Assembly (NCBI GenBank): GCA_037200745.1
Contig: JBBCHK010000010.1
Span: 3,101 to 67,100, forward strand
Source of the DNA: Alphaproteobacteria bacterium
GTDB lineage: Bacteria > Pseudomonadota > Alphaproteobacteria > Rickettsiales > UBA3002
DNA: 64,000 bases
Reading direction: 5' to 3'
This document shows, one piece after another, positions 21,750 to 32,933 of the stretch; positions within the stretch are counted from its first letter, which is position 1, and each line of letters opens with the position of its first letter. The translations under genes and the position numbers were made by a program. The notes below the pieces were generated by a model. The model saw only the letters and a program-made list of their open reading frames with translations, was not told the DNA's origin and made no database searches.

Positions 21750-23004
21750 ATGGATTTCTTCACGCATCGCAAAGGCGAGCTGATGGCGGAGGACGTCGCC
21801 ATCGCCGATATCGCGCGCCGAGTCGGCACGCCGTTCTACTGCTATTCGGCAGCGACGCTGAGCCGCCACGCGCGCATTTTCCGCGAGGCGGTGGGGATGG
21901 ATGCGCGCGTCTGCTTCGCCGTCAAGGCCAACGGCAACCTCGCCGTGCTGCGCCTGCTGGCGCACGCCGGGCTGGGCGCCGACGTCGTCTCCGAAGGCGA
22001 GATCCGCCGCGCGCTGGCCGCCGGCATCAAGCCGGAGCACATCGTTTTCTCCGGCGTCGGCAAATCGCGCGCGGAGATGGAGTTCGCGCTGGCGCAGGAT
22101 ATTTTTCCAGTTCAACGTCGAGTCGGAAGCGGAGCTTGACGCGCTGAATGCGCTTGCGCTCGCTGCGCACAAAAAAAGCGCCGGTCGCGCTGCGCATCAA
22201 TCCCGATGTCGACGCGAAGACGCACGCGAAAATCTCCACCGGCAAGAAGGAGAACAAGTTCGGCATCGCCATGAGGACCGCGCCCGCGCTGTTCCGCAAG
22301 GCGGCGCGCCTGCCGGGGATTTCGCTCAACGGCGTCTCGGTCCATATCGGCTCGCAGCTGACTTCGCTGGCGCCGTTCCACACCGCATACACGCGCGTGC
22401 GTGCGCTGGTCGACGCGCTGGCGAAAGAGGGCATTGCGCTCGCTACCATCGACCTCGGCGGCAGGGCTGGGTGTGCCTTACAGCGCGAAGGGCGCGCCGC
22501 CGCTGCCGAAGGAATACGGGAAAATGGTGCGCAGCATTTTCGGCGACCTCGACGTGCAGCTCGTCTTCGAGCCGGGCCGGCTGATCGCCGCCAATGCCGG
22601 CGTGCTGGTGACTCAGGTGCTCTCGGTCAAGCGCGCCGCGCGCACTTACGTCATCGTCGATGCGGGGATGAACGACCTGCTGCGCCCGCGCTGTACGATG
22701 CGAAGCATGAAGTGGTGGCGGTGAAGAGATCGCGCGCGCGCAATGCAACGTTCGACCTTGTCGGCCCTGTCTGCGAGTCGAGCGACGTCTTCGCCACCGG
22801 CCCTGAAGCTGCCGCTGCCGAAGGAAGGCGACCTGCTCGCCCTGCGCGGCGCCGGCGCCTACGGCGCGACGATGTCGAATACGTACAACGCGCGGCTGCC
22901 TGATTCCCGAAGTGCTGGTCGATGGCGGCCGTTTCGCCGTCATCCGCGCGCGGCCGGGCTACGACGATATGCTGGCGGCCGACACGATCCCGGATTGGCT
23001 CTAG
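21750..23004 (+). pseudogene. lysA: Diaminopimelate decarboxylase, at least 6 frame changes
   Basis: GTPFYCYS, CFAVKAN (PLP Lys), HIGSQL, DLGGGLGVPY, EPGR, CESSD and GAYGATMSNTYN motifs are distributed over ORFs in three frames. Confidence 0.85.
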
Positions 23005-23538
23005 TGGACGTCCAGGTATCCTATAAAAGGTAATTCCCGATAATGGTTCGCGTAGTCGAGGCCGTAGCCGACGACGAACTTGTCGGGGGATGCTGAAGCC
23101 GACGAAATCGGCGTTGATCTCGACGGCGCGCTTACCGGGTTTCTCCAGCAGCACGGCGAGCTTCACGCTGGCGGCGCCGCGCGCTTTCATCAGCCCGGCG
23201 GCGTGGTGCAGGGTGCGGCCGGTCTCTAAAATATCGTCGACGATGAGGATGTGCTTGTCCTTCACTTCCTCGATCAGGTCGCGGTTGATGGTGACGGCGC
23301 CGGAGCTTTCCTTGGCGCTGCCGTAGCTGGTCAGCGTCATGAAGTCGATCTGCGGGTGCAGGCCGATGGCGTAGAACTCGCGCACGAGGTCGGCGGTGAA
23401 CATGAACGAGCCGCGCAGCAGCGAGACGATGAAGAAATCGGTGCCCATCTTGCCGGCGATCTCGTGCGCCAGCGCTTCGACGCGCTCGGCGATCTCGGCG
23501 GCGGTGAAGAGCACGGGGATGGAGCGTTTCTTCGCCAT
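23001..23538 (-). pseudogene. hpt: Hypoxanthine phosphoribosyltransferase, 1 frameshift
   Basis: ILIVDDILETGRTL PRPP motif. Removing 1 nt from the G5 run 23085-23089 restores the C-terminus [32 protein letters not shown]. The stop overlaps the lysA stop (CTAG). Confidence 0.85.
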
Positions 23539-24242
23539 CAGCGCACGGCCAGTTCCAGGGCATTGCCGAGGTCGAGCACGATGGCGGCGACGGAGTCGGC
23601 GAAGCTGGTCTTCACGTCGCTGATGCGGAAGGGGATAGGACTCGCCGGGCATTCACCGTGTGCTGCACCGGGTAGTTGCGCGCCCAGACGATGTGCCCCT
23701 TCTTGTCCTTCAGCTGGACGCGCACGTCCGGCACGCGGCGGGGCTCGGCGCCGTGGTTGGTGATGGCGCCGGCGATGGTGAACTGCGTCTTGTCGCCGTC
23801 GACGTCGCGCTGCATGGAGATGTCGCTGAAGGCGAGCCCGGAGGTGTCGGTGACGCCGGCGATGCGGTAGAAGACGCCGATCACCGGCCAGTCCTGCGCC
23901 CCGCGGGAAATAGGCGATCGCGGCGACGATGAGCCAGCTCGCGGCGAGCGCCAGCGCGGCGATGCGGTAGGGCTTCGGCGCCAGCAGGCGCGAGGAGAGC
24001 ACCGGCAGGTGGCGCGGCTCGACAGCATCGCCCGGGGCGAGGCTCGCCTGCTCGGCGAGCGTGGCGAAATCGACGGCGACGGGGGGCATTTCTGGACGCG
24101 CGGACTCCACCGTCTCGACGCGGGTCGGCTCGACGAACCACTGGAAGCTGCAGGCGCCGCAGCGCACCGTGCGGCCGAGCGGCGGGACGAGCGCGTCGGC
24201 CACGAGGAAGCGCGCATTACAGCTGGGACACTGCAGGATCAT
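23538..24242 (-). pseudogene. MJ0042-type zinc-ribbon / DUF3426-like membrane protein, 2 frameshifts
   Basis: MILQCPSCNARFLVADALVPPLGRTVRCGACSFQWFV, then a TM segment and a C-terminal beta-rich domain in other frames. The stop overlaps the hpt start (TGATG). Divergent from ftsE, as in many alphaproteobacteria. Confidence 0.7.
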
Positions 24243-24300
24243 GGAGCGAAACGATAAACCATTTGGCCTTGGCGCGCCAGCCGATATATAGACATCTGCC

Positions 24301-24957
24301 ATGATCCGCTGCCAGAACCTCTCGCTCGAATACGTCCCCGGCAAACCGGTGCTGCGGCACATCAACCTGCATCTGGAGCCGGGCTCGTTCACCTTCCTCT
24401 CCGGCCATTCGGGGGCGGGGAAATCGTCGCTGCTGTCGCTGCTGTCGCTGTCGCAGAAGCCGACGGAAGGGACCATCCACCTCTTCGGGCAGGACGTCAC
24501 CGAGCTGTCGCGCGAGGAGCTGCCCGACGTGCGCCGCAAGATCGGCACCGTGTTCCAGGACTACCAGTTGCTGAACCACCTCACGGTGGCGCAGAATGTC
24601 GGGCTGCCGCTGAAGATCGTCGGCGAGAAGCCCACCGAGATCGCGCCCAAGGTGGAAGAATTGCTGGCATGGATCGGGCTCGGCGGCTTTGCCGACGTGC
24701 GGCCGCCCTTGCTCTCCGGCGGGCAGAAGCAGCGCGTCGCCATCGCCCGCGCGGTGATCAACACGCCGCTGCTCATCCTCGCCGACGAGCCGACCGGCAA
24801 CCTCGACCACGAGCTTTCGATGAAGCTGATGTACCTCTTCCGCTCGCTCAACAAGGTCGGCACGACGATCGTCTTCGCCACGCACGACGACTCGCTGATG
24901 GAAGCGTTCGACTACCCGGTGATCTACCTGCGCGACGGGCAGCTGCACCGAAGGTAG
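24301..24957 (+). CDS. ftsE: Cell division ATP-binding protein FtsE
   Basis: Walker [10 protein letters not shown], signature [14 protein letters not shown], Walker [13 protein letters not shown]. 218 aa. Confidence 0.9.
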   Translation: MIRCQNLSLEYVPGKPVLRHINLHLEPGSFTFLSGHSGAGKSSLLSLLSLSQKPTEGTIHLFGQDVTELSREELPDVRRKIGTVFQDYQLLNHLTVAQNVGLPLKIVGEKPTEIAPKVEELLAWIGLGGFADVRPPLLSGGQKQRVAIARAVINTPLLILADEPTGNLDHELSMKLMYLFRSLNKVGTTIVFATHDDSLMEAFDYPVIYLRDGQLHRR

Positions 24958-25134
24958 TCTTGGTTTGCGCCTGTCGGCGCGTGGGGGCGAATTCAAGTTC
25001 GCTTCGCTCACTCGCCCCCAGCTGCCGGTTGACTCGCTATCGCTCGCCTCCCTCCGCTTCGCTCCGGGTCCCCTCCTTCGGCGGCCCTACGGCCGCCTGC
25101 GGGCTCGCCCTTACGGGCTACGCAGGCAGTGCGG
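24955..25134. repeat. Mosaic palindromic element, copy A (solo arm, type 2)
   Basis: Reverse-complement match to the right arm of copy D (CCCCCACGCGCCGACAGGCGC..., GGGGGCGAATTCAAGTTCGCTTCGC). Carries the conserved core CTACGCAGGCAGTGCGG at 25118-25134. Confidence 0.75.
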
Positions 25135-25830
25135 CTAGTTCGTCGCTTGCATCGTTGATGGTATCTTCCAGCCGCTTCAGCCAGCCGGCGACGTCTTCGC
25201 CGCAGGGCTCCAGCGGCGACAGGAAACGCAGCGTGGCGAGGCCGGGGGTTTTCCAGATGCTCGCCTTCGGCCAGAACCGTCCCGCATTGAGCGCGGCGGG
25301 GACGACCGGCGCGTTCAGCTCGGCGCTGATATAGCCGACGCCGGGGGTGGAACGGCCTGCGCTCGCCCGGCGGCAGGCGCGTGCCTTCGGGGAAAATGAC
25401 CAGCGTGCGGCCCAGCCCGTGATGCGCCGCCGCCTCCTCGGCGATGCGCTTGATGGTGCCGTTCTTCTTCGCGCGGTCGATGCCGATCTGCCCGCTGCGC
25501 CGGAGATACCAGCCGAAGACCGGGATGTGGTAAAGCTCGCGCCTTCAGGATGAACACCGGGTGGCCGAGGATGACCCAGAGCATCAGCGTGTCCCACGCC
25601 GACTGGTGCTTGCAGGCGACGATGCGCGCGCCTTTCAGGTGCTCCGAACCCTCGACGCGCGAATGCATGCCGGTGCTGCGCGCCAGCCAGAGGAGCGTGC
25701 CGCGCGCCCAGAAGCGGGCGACGTGCCACGTCGCGCGGCGGCTGAGCAATGCCGGCAGCGCGAGGAAGCCGACGGCGCCGGTGAAGGCGAACCAGCCGGC
25801 GAAGAAGACCAGCGTGCGCAGCTTGCTCAT
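25118..25830 (-). pseudogene. plsC: 1-acyl-sn-glycerol-3-phosphate acyltransferase (lysophospholipid acyltransferase), frameshifted
   Basis: ACKHQSAWDT (HX4D-type box), FPEGTR in another frame, and C-terminal YISAELNAPVVPAALNAG. The last codons and the stop lie inside repeat copy A. Confidence 0.75.
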
Positions 25831-26420
25831 GCGGCGGGGAAGAGAAGAAGCCGCAGCCGCGCCGCGAGGTATTTATGGTACTCGGAGAGGATCAGCCGCG
25901 GGGATTTCCGTCCTGCCACCAGTGCTCGCGCGGCGCATCGCCGGGGAAAACGGCGTCGGGGACGAACGTCACCTGCGGCAGCAGGCTGCGGAATTCGAGC
26001 AGGCTGCGCGGCATGTGGTAATGCGCGGTGATCAGGCGGATGGATTTCAGCTGCCGCTCGCGGGCGAACGCGGCGACCTCCTCGGCATTGGTCTCGGTGG
26101 TCGAGGCGAGGTGGCCGAGGACGATGGTCGCGCCGCGCGACTTGATCTGCGCGCGCTGCGCCGGCGTCGCGTGGGCGGCGAGCATCTGCGGCAGCGTCAC
26201 CTCGGCGCCGACGCCGCTGATGAACAGCACCGGGCGCCGCGCCGTCCGCCAGCATCTCGAAGCCGCGCTCGACGCGCGCCTGCCCGCCGGTCAGCACGAC
26301 GATGGCGTCGGTCGCCATCGCCGGCGGCGTCGGCTGCGCGGGGATGAAGAGGAGGAAGACGGCGAAGCCGAGGCTCCACAGCACGAGCAGCGCAAGCAGG
26401 CAGTAGCAGAGGAAACGCAT
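25827..26420 (-). pseudogene. YdcF/DUF218 family protein, frameshifted
   Basis: MRFLCYCLLALLVLW.., IVVLTGG, LFISGVG, ITAHYHMPRS, and a C-terminal ..LILSEYHKYLAARL in another frame. The stop overlaps the plsC start. Confidence 0.65.
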
Positions 26421-26430
26421 GGGGCGGAAC

Positions 26431-26990
26431 CTAGCGCGGCGCGCCCGCCCGGGCGAGGATAAATTGCGCGGCGTCGAATAAGTCGTCGCACACCGCGACG
26501 GGCGCGACCCTCGGGCGGGATGAGCTGGCTCAGCGTCTGCGCGCCTTTGCCGCAGCGCACGAGGATCGCCGGGCAGCCGGCCCTGTGCGCCGCCCTGAAG
26601 GTCGCGGCAGCATGTCGCCGACGAAGAATGTCCGCGCCGGCTCGCCGCCGAAATGCTCGAGCGCTTCAAGCAGCATCCCTGCGCCGGGCTTGCGGCGTTC
26701 GCTGGCGCGCTCCGGGGATGTCCGGCGCGAAATAGATGCGGTCGATACGGCCGCCGCCCTTCGCCACCTGCCCGCACATATGGCCGTGGATGCGCGTAAG
26801 CTCCGCCTCGCTGAGCTGACCACGGCCGACGGCGGACTGGTTGGTGCAGACGGCGATCGTCGCGCCCCGCGTCGTGCAGCAGCTTCAGCGCCTCGATCGC
26901 GCGCGGCAGGAAGACGAACTGTTCGAGCGAGAGGATGCCTTCCGTGCGGTCGCGGTTGATGACGCCATCGCGGTCGAGCAGGACCAGCAT
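26431..26990 (-). pseudogene. gmhB: HAD-IIIA phosphatase (D,D-heptose 1,7-bisphosphate phosphatase GmhB-like), frameshifted
   Basis: MLVLLDRDGVINRD (DxDG motif), TNQS..GRG, RKPGAGMLLEAL and FFVGD pieces lie in different frames. The start overlaps the ftsX stop (TGATG). Confidence 0.65.
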
Positions 26991-27879
26991 CAGTGGATAT
27001 GGTGCAGCATCGATTGCACCGTCAGCCGCGTCGCGAGCAGCGCGGTCAGCGCGATGAACACCGGCAGGGCGATGAACACCGCGACGTGGCGCAGGCCGAA
27101 ATCGAGCGGCGGCAGCACCGGCGAGGCCCAGTGATGCGTCAGCACGACGGCGGTGCCGAAGAGCACGGCCGCCAGCAGCACCCCGGCGAGCGCGCCGCGC
27201 ATGGCGAGGAAGGCGCCGTTCCACTGGAACTGGCGCAATATGTATTCGTCCGTCGCGCCGAAGAGGTGCAGCAGGCTCACCGTCTTGAAATGCAGCTTGA
27301 GGTTGGTGCGCGCGACGAGGGTGATCATCCCCCAGCACGCAGGCGACGAGCAGCGCGGCGACCAGCAGGACGATGCCCTGCAGGAACGTCACCGCCTTGA
27401 CCATGTGCTCGACCCACGGCCCCCGGTCCTCGACGCGGATGGCGTTGTCGAGCTTGCGCAGCTTCGCCGAAAGCGCGGCGACGTCGACCGTCGTGTCGCC
27501 GCCGTTGACGCGCGTGCGCACGTCGATGAGGATCGGCACCGGCAGGTCGCCCAGCGAGAAATGATCGCCCCAGCCACGGCTTGAGCAGCGCCTCCTCGTC
27601 GTCGCGGCCGAGCACGGCGACTTCCTCGACGCCGTCGGTCGCCTGCAGCTGGGCGACGGACTGGTCGATGAGCGGCCTTGCCGCATTGGCCGGCAGCTCC
27701 ACTTCGAGGACGCCGAGCACCTCGTGCGACTGCGCCGAGATGCGCGCCGGAGAGCGTCATCGCGATGGCGAGCAGCAACGCGGCGAAGCCGGCGAGGCAG
27801 CCGATCATCGCCGGCAGCATGCGCTGCGCGTCGTCGCGGGCGAAGGAATGTCGCTGGAAAGCGCCTCGGCGAGTTTCAT
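26990..27879 (-). pseudogene. ftsX: Cell division permease FtsX, frameshifted (at least 3 times)
   Basis: The N-terminus MKLAEALSSDIP.., TM1 LPAMIGCLAGFAALLLAIAMTL, the periplasmic domain and the C-terminal TM bundle (LVARTNLKLHF..LHLFGATDEYILRQF) are spread over frames. Confidence 0.75.
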
Positions 27880-28272
27880 GGGGAGCAGCCTAACATTTTC
27901 GCATCGGCGCGCCAGCAAAAGCTGAAAGAACGGGCATCGGGGCTTTCACGATATTGTCATGAATCCAGGCTATCCTGATGCGAGGGAGTCCCTATGGACG
28001 CGGTACAGATACTGGGCTGCACGGTCTCGGTCAGGGGCAGGCGCGGTACGTTGGGCGACGTGGTCCTATACGATCTCCGGCGACCAGGCCGCCGGGCTTT
28101 ACAGAAAATTCTCCGCGAAAGACAGCTGGCCCTGCAAGGACCTGTCAAAGTTCCAGGAAGAAAGCTCTTCGTTCAAAGTATCCAAAGCCTGGATCTTTCT
28201 GCACTTCGATAAAGCGGACGCGTACGACATTAACGGCACGCTCGAAGAGGCCGCCGCACTGACGCGCGGGCG

Positions 28273-28827
28273 CTAGGCGCTGGTGTCGACTTTCTTCTCC
28301 GCCGCGCCGCTGGCGACGCCGACCATCGCCGGGCGCAGCAGGCGGTCGTGGATGACGTAGCCGGCCTGCAGCACCTGCACCACCGTGCCGGGCTCGGCGT
28401 CCGCCCCCTCGATCTGGGCGACGGCCTGGTGGAAATTATGGTCGAACTTCTGGCCGAGCGGGTCGATGCGCTTGATGCCCTGCTTCTCGAAGGCGCCCAT
28501 CAGCTCCTTCATCGTCATCTCGACGCCCAGCGCGAGTTGGCGAGCGCCGGATCGTTCGCCTTCTGCTCGGGCGCGATGGCGGCGAGCGCGCGCTGCAGGT
28601 TCTCCAGCACACCGACGAGGTCGCGGGCGAAGCCGGTGACGGCGTATTTGCTCATGTCGGCGAGCTCGCGCTCGGCGCGGCGGCGGGTGTTCTCGATCTC
28701 GGCCAGCGAGCGCAGCGACTGGTCCTTCGCCGCGGCGAGCTCTTTATCTTTTTCGTCGAGCAGCGCCTGCAGGGCGCGCGCCATCGCCTCGGGGCCCGGG
28801 CTCCTCGCCTTCGGGCCCGTCGAACAT
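28273..28827 (-). pseudogene. grpE: Nucleotide exchange factor GrpE, 2 frameshifts
   Basis: [34 protein letters not shown] and ..GIKRIDPLGQKFDHNFHQAV..VVQVLQAGYVIHDRLLRPAMV. The breaks are at G4 28791-28794 and near 28535. Confidence 0.85.
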
Positions 28828-28860
28828 CTCGACTACGTTATCGTCCCGTCATCGCGGGCT

Positions 28861-28890
28861 ATATGTGCGCGTTTCCCATCAATTTTCAAG
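28861..28890 (-). promoter_or_regulatory. Candidate RpoH (sigma32)-type promoter for grpE
   Basis: On the minus strand, CTTGAAA (28890-28884), a 16-nt spacer, then CACATAT (28867-28861), about 35 nt upstream of the grpE ATG. Motif match only. Confidence 0.3.
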
Positions 28891-28943
28891 GGCCAGATGC
28901 TTGAAGCGGTTGCATGGGCCCCGTTTCCGGCTAGAACGCCGCC

Positions 28944-29663
28944 ATGACCCGTTCTTTCAAGCGCAGCCCTGCCGATTTGCGCCCGGTAACGCTGACGCCC
29001 GACGTCTCCCGCCACGCCGAAGGCTCCTGCCTCGTCGAGTTCGGCCACACCAAAGTGCTGTGCACGGCGAGCATCGAGGAAAGCATACCGCCCTACCTGC
29101 GCGGCAAGGGCCAGGGCTGGGTGACGGCGGAATACGGCATGCTGCCGCGTTCGACCAACACGCGCAACCCGCGCGAGGCGGCGAAAGGCAGCAGTCCGGC
29201 CGCACGCAGGAGATCCAGCGCCTCATCGGCCGAAGTTTGCGCACTTCGGTGGACCTTGCGAAGCTCGGCGAGCGGCAGATCGTCATCGACTGCGACGTGA
29301 TCGAGGCCGACGGCGGCACGCGCACCGCCTCGATCACCGGCGGCTTCGTCGCGCTGGCGCGGGGCGGTGCATTCGCTTAAAAGCCGCGGGCTGCTCAAGC
29401 TCGGCAACCCGCTGCTGATGCCGGTCGCCGCCGTTTCCTGCGGCATCGTCGATTCCCAGGCGCGCCTCGACCTCGACTATGAAGAAGACTCCGCCGCCGA
29501 GGTGGACGCCAACATCATCATGACCGCCGACGGCAATATCGTCGAGCTGCAGATGTCCGGGGAGGAGGCGACCTTCAGCGAGGCCCAGCTCGCCGAGCTG
29601 ATGGCGCTCGGCAGGAAAGGCATCGCCGAGCTCGCCGCCATGCAGCGCAAGGTGCTCGCATGA
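28944..29663 (+). pseudogene. rph: Ribonuclease PH, 2 frameshifts
   Basis: [78 protein letters not shown]. Confidence 0.85.
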
Positions 29664-30264
29664 GCGCCTTGAGCGAGATCGTCGTCGCCAGCCACAACGC
29701 CGGCAAGCTGCGCGAGATCGAGGCGCTTCTGGCGCCGCTGTCGATCCGCGTCACCTCCGCCGCCGCGCTCAACCTGCCCGAGCCGGAAGAGACCGGCGAT
29801 ACGTTCGAGGCCAACGCCCTGCTCAGGCCGAGACGGCGGCGTGCGCGGCTGCGGCCTGCCCTCGCTCGCCGACGATTCGGGCCTCGTCGTACCGGCCCTC
29901 GGCGGTTCGCCCCGGCATCTATTCCGCGCGCTGGGCCGGGCCGGAAAAAGATTTCTCCGCCGCGATGGCGCGCGTGAAGAACGAGCTGGGCGAGAACGCG
30001 CAAGGGGCACCGGCCTTCTTCGTCTGCGTGCTGGCGCTGGCGCAGCCGAGCGCGGCGCCGCTCGTCGTGCGCGGCGAAGTGCACGGCACGCTGACCTTCC
30101 CGCCGCGCGGCCACAAGGGCTTCGGCTACGACCCCATCTTCCTGCCGCAGGGCGCGACCGAGACCTTCGGCGAAATGTCGGTCGAGGCGAAGCACCGCGT
30201 CAGCCACCGCGCGATGGCCTTCGCGAAACTGCTGGAAGCATTGCAGGCGGAGCAGGCCGCATGA
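29660..30264 (+). pseudogene. rdgB: dITP/XTP pyrophosphatase (RdgB/HAM1), frameshifted
   Basis: [29 protein letters not shown], and FGYDPIF in separate frames. ATGA overlap with the rph stop. Confidence 0.8.
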
Positions 30265-30821
30265 GCGCACCGAAACTCCTCGCCATCGCCGCCTCGCAAC
30301 CGGGCGGAGTCGCTCAACAAAAAGCTGCTGCGCTCGCCGTAGCGCAGGCGGAAGCGGCCGGCGCGAGCGTGACGCTGCGCGATTACGCGGAATACGACGC
30401 ACCCATCTATCGCGGCGAAAAAGAGGGGCTGCCGGAGGGGCGCGCGCAAGCTCGCCGACGATATCCTCGCGCACGAAGGCATCCTGCTCGCCACGCCGGA
30501 ATATAACTGGTCGGTCCCCGGCGGACTGAAGAACCTCATCGACTGGCTGTCGGTCGACCTGCGCACGCCGCTCACCGACCGCACGGCGCTGCTGATGTGC
30601 GCCAGCCCCTCGGCGCGCGGCGGCGTCACCGGGCTGCAGCATTTGCGCACCTCGCTCGAAATGCTCGACGTCTGGATCTACCCGCAGATCGTCGCCATCG
30701 GCCGCGCGCGCGGAGCAGCTGCTCAGCGGCGCGCTCGCCCCGCGAGGCCGACCAGCAGCACCTCACTTACTGCGTCGACGATTTCATCCGCGCGACGAAG
30801 GCCCTGCATGCGCGCGGCTAG
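30261..30821 (+). pseudogene. NADPH-dependent FMN reductase family protein, 2 frameshifts
   Basis: KLLAIAAS.., ILLATPEYNWSVPGGLKNLIDWLS, and C-terminus ..DDFIRATKALHARG in another frame. ATGA overlap with rdgB. Confidence 0.65.
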
Positions 30822-32857
30822 CTGCTTCCTCGCATTGCTGCTGTCCGCCGCGCCGGCGCTGGCGCAGATCCCGCCCTCGCCCATCGCCCATGCCTCGCTC
30901 GCGCTCGACGCGCCGCAGGTGAAAGCGCAGCAGCCGCTCACCGCCGCCGTCACGTTCACCATCCCCGAGCACTGGCACATCTACTGGCAGAAATCCCGGC
31001 GACTCGGGCATCCCGACCACGCTCGCATGGACCCTGCCGCAGGGCATCGCCGCCGGCGACATCGAGTGGCCGGCGCCGCAGCGCATCGTCAGCGGCGGGA
31101 CCGTCGTCAATTACGGCTACAGCGACCGCGTGACGCTGCTGGTGCCGCTCACCCCGGCGCGTGACGGCATCGCCGGCGACGTTTCGCTCAAGGCGGGCCT
31201 GGCTGGTCTGCAAGGACATCTGCATCCCCCGAATCGGCGACGCTCGGCGCCCACCTGCCGCAAGCGGATGCGCGCGCCGCCCGCATCATCGCGGCGGCGA
31301 AAGAGTCCCCTGCCGCAATCGCTGGCCACGGGGCTCAAAGCGACCTACAGCGCGCAGCCCGACCGGATCCTGCTGCAGATCGGCAGCGAGACCGGCGGCG
31401 GCGCGGACGATGTCGCCGCCGCCCCAGTTCTTCCCGGTCGAGGATGGCGTCGTCGACGACGACGCGCCGCAAGTCCTGTCGCAGCACGGCGACGCGCTGG
31501 AGCATTGCCATGAAGCGCGGCAATGCGGAATTACCCGCGCACTGGGCACGGCGTCCTCACGCTCGATGCGGACGGCGGATTGAGCTCCTATGCGATCGAT
31601 GCGACGAGGCAGGCTGGGAACGTCGCCGAATCCGCCGCCCTCCTCCGCGCCGGCGGCGGCTGCCGCTGCTCCTGCTGCTCGCCTTTGCCGGCGGACTGCT
31701 TTTGAACCTGATGCCCTGCGTGCTGCCCATCCTCGCGCTCAAGGCGCTGGCGCTGGCGAAGAAGGCCGAGGCCTCGGCGCGCGGTGCACGCTTGCAGGGC
31801 GTGAGCTACGCGGCGGGCGTCGTTGCCAGCTTCCTGCTGATCGGCTGCGCCATGCTGGCGCTGCGCGGCGCCGGCGCGGCGGCGCTGGGCTGGGGCTTCC
31901 AGCTGCAGCAGCCGCAGTTCGTCACCTTCCTCTTCCTGCTGATGGTGGCGATCGCGCTCAACCTCTTCGGCCTCTTCGAATTGCCGGTGCTGTTCGGCAC
32001 CCCTCGCCGCGAAGCCGGACGAAAAGAAATCGCTCGGCTCCTTCCTCACGGGCGCGCTGGCGGTGGCGGTTGGCGACGCCCTGCACCGCGCCCTTCATGG
32101 CGCCCTGCGCTCGGGGCGACGCTGGCGCTGAGCGCCCTCCCCGCACTGCTCATCTTCGCCGCGCTGGGGCTCGGCATGGCAAGCCCGTTCCTGCTCATCA
32201 GCCTCTGGACGCCAGCACGCGCCGCTGCTGCCGAAGCCCGGCGTATGGATGGTGCATTTCCGCCAGCTCCTCGCCTTCCCGATGCTGGCGACCGCCGCGT
32301 GGCTGCTGCTGGTGCTGATGCAGATCAACGGCATGGGTGGGGTCGCGCTGGCGTTGAGTGGCGCGATCGGGCTTTCCTTCCTGGCCTGGCTCGGCTCTTT
32401 CCTCCCCGCCAGGCGGCCGCTCATCGTGCTGATGCTGGCGCTCGCCGCCTTCATCATCGCCCGACAGCCGGCGCATGAGCACTCCGGCAGCGAAGCCAAG
32501 AGCGCGATGGCGATGGACGCAGAGCCGTTCAGCGACGCACGCCTCGGCGAGCTTCGCGCCGCCGGCCGCCCGGTCTTCGTCGATGCGACGGCGGCGTGGT
32601 GCATCACCTGCAAGCTGAACGAGCACCTCGCCCTGCGCGACGCGGCGGTGGTCGGCGCCTTCCACGACCGGCACGTCGCCCTGCTCGTCGCCGACTGGAC
32701 CAACCGCGACGACGCGATCACCGCCTACCTCGCCACCTTCGGCCGCAACGGCGTGCCGCTCTATGTGTTCTATCCGTCACAGGGAGCGCCCATCGTGCTG
32801 CCCCAGCTCCTCACACCGTCGCTGGTGCTGGACAGGACCGGCCTTCACCAAGATTAA
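30808..32857 (+). pseudogene. dsbD: DsbD/ScsB-family protein-disulfide reductase, many frameshifts
   Basis: N-terminal domain HWHIYWQ.., membrane core LLNLMPCVLPILALKAL, and a C-terminal thioredoxin domain VFVDATAAWCITCKLNE..NGVPLYVFY. Confidence 0.75.
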
Positions 32858-32933
32858 CAATATGTAATTATTTTGTACGCCTTCTTTGGTGTTAAGAAAT
32901 AAATTACATAAGAAAAACAAGGGGGAGTCTTTC

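Noticed and set aside
25827-27686. A 619-aa ORF, the longest in this region.
   Set aside because: It is a chimera. It reads through correct-frame pieces of ydcF, gmhB and ftsX, joined by out-of-frame Arg/Pro-rich stretches. It is better explained as three frameshifted genes.
27959-28276. Three overlapping plus-strand ORFs (72-105 aa) between ftsX and grpE.
   Set aside because: None has a recognisable family, RBS or signal. The pieces may form one small frameshifted gene (..LYRKFSAKDSWPCKDLSKFQEESSSFKVSKAWIFLHFDKADAYDINGTLEEAAAL..), but I cannot support a call.
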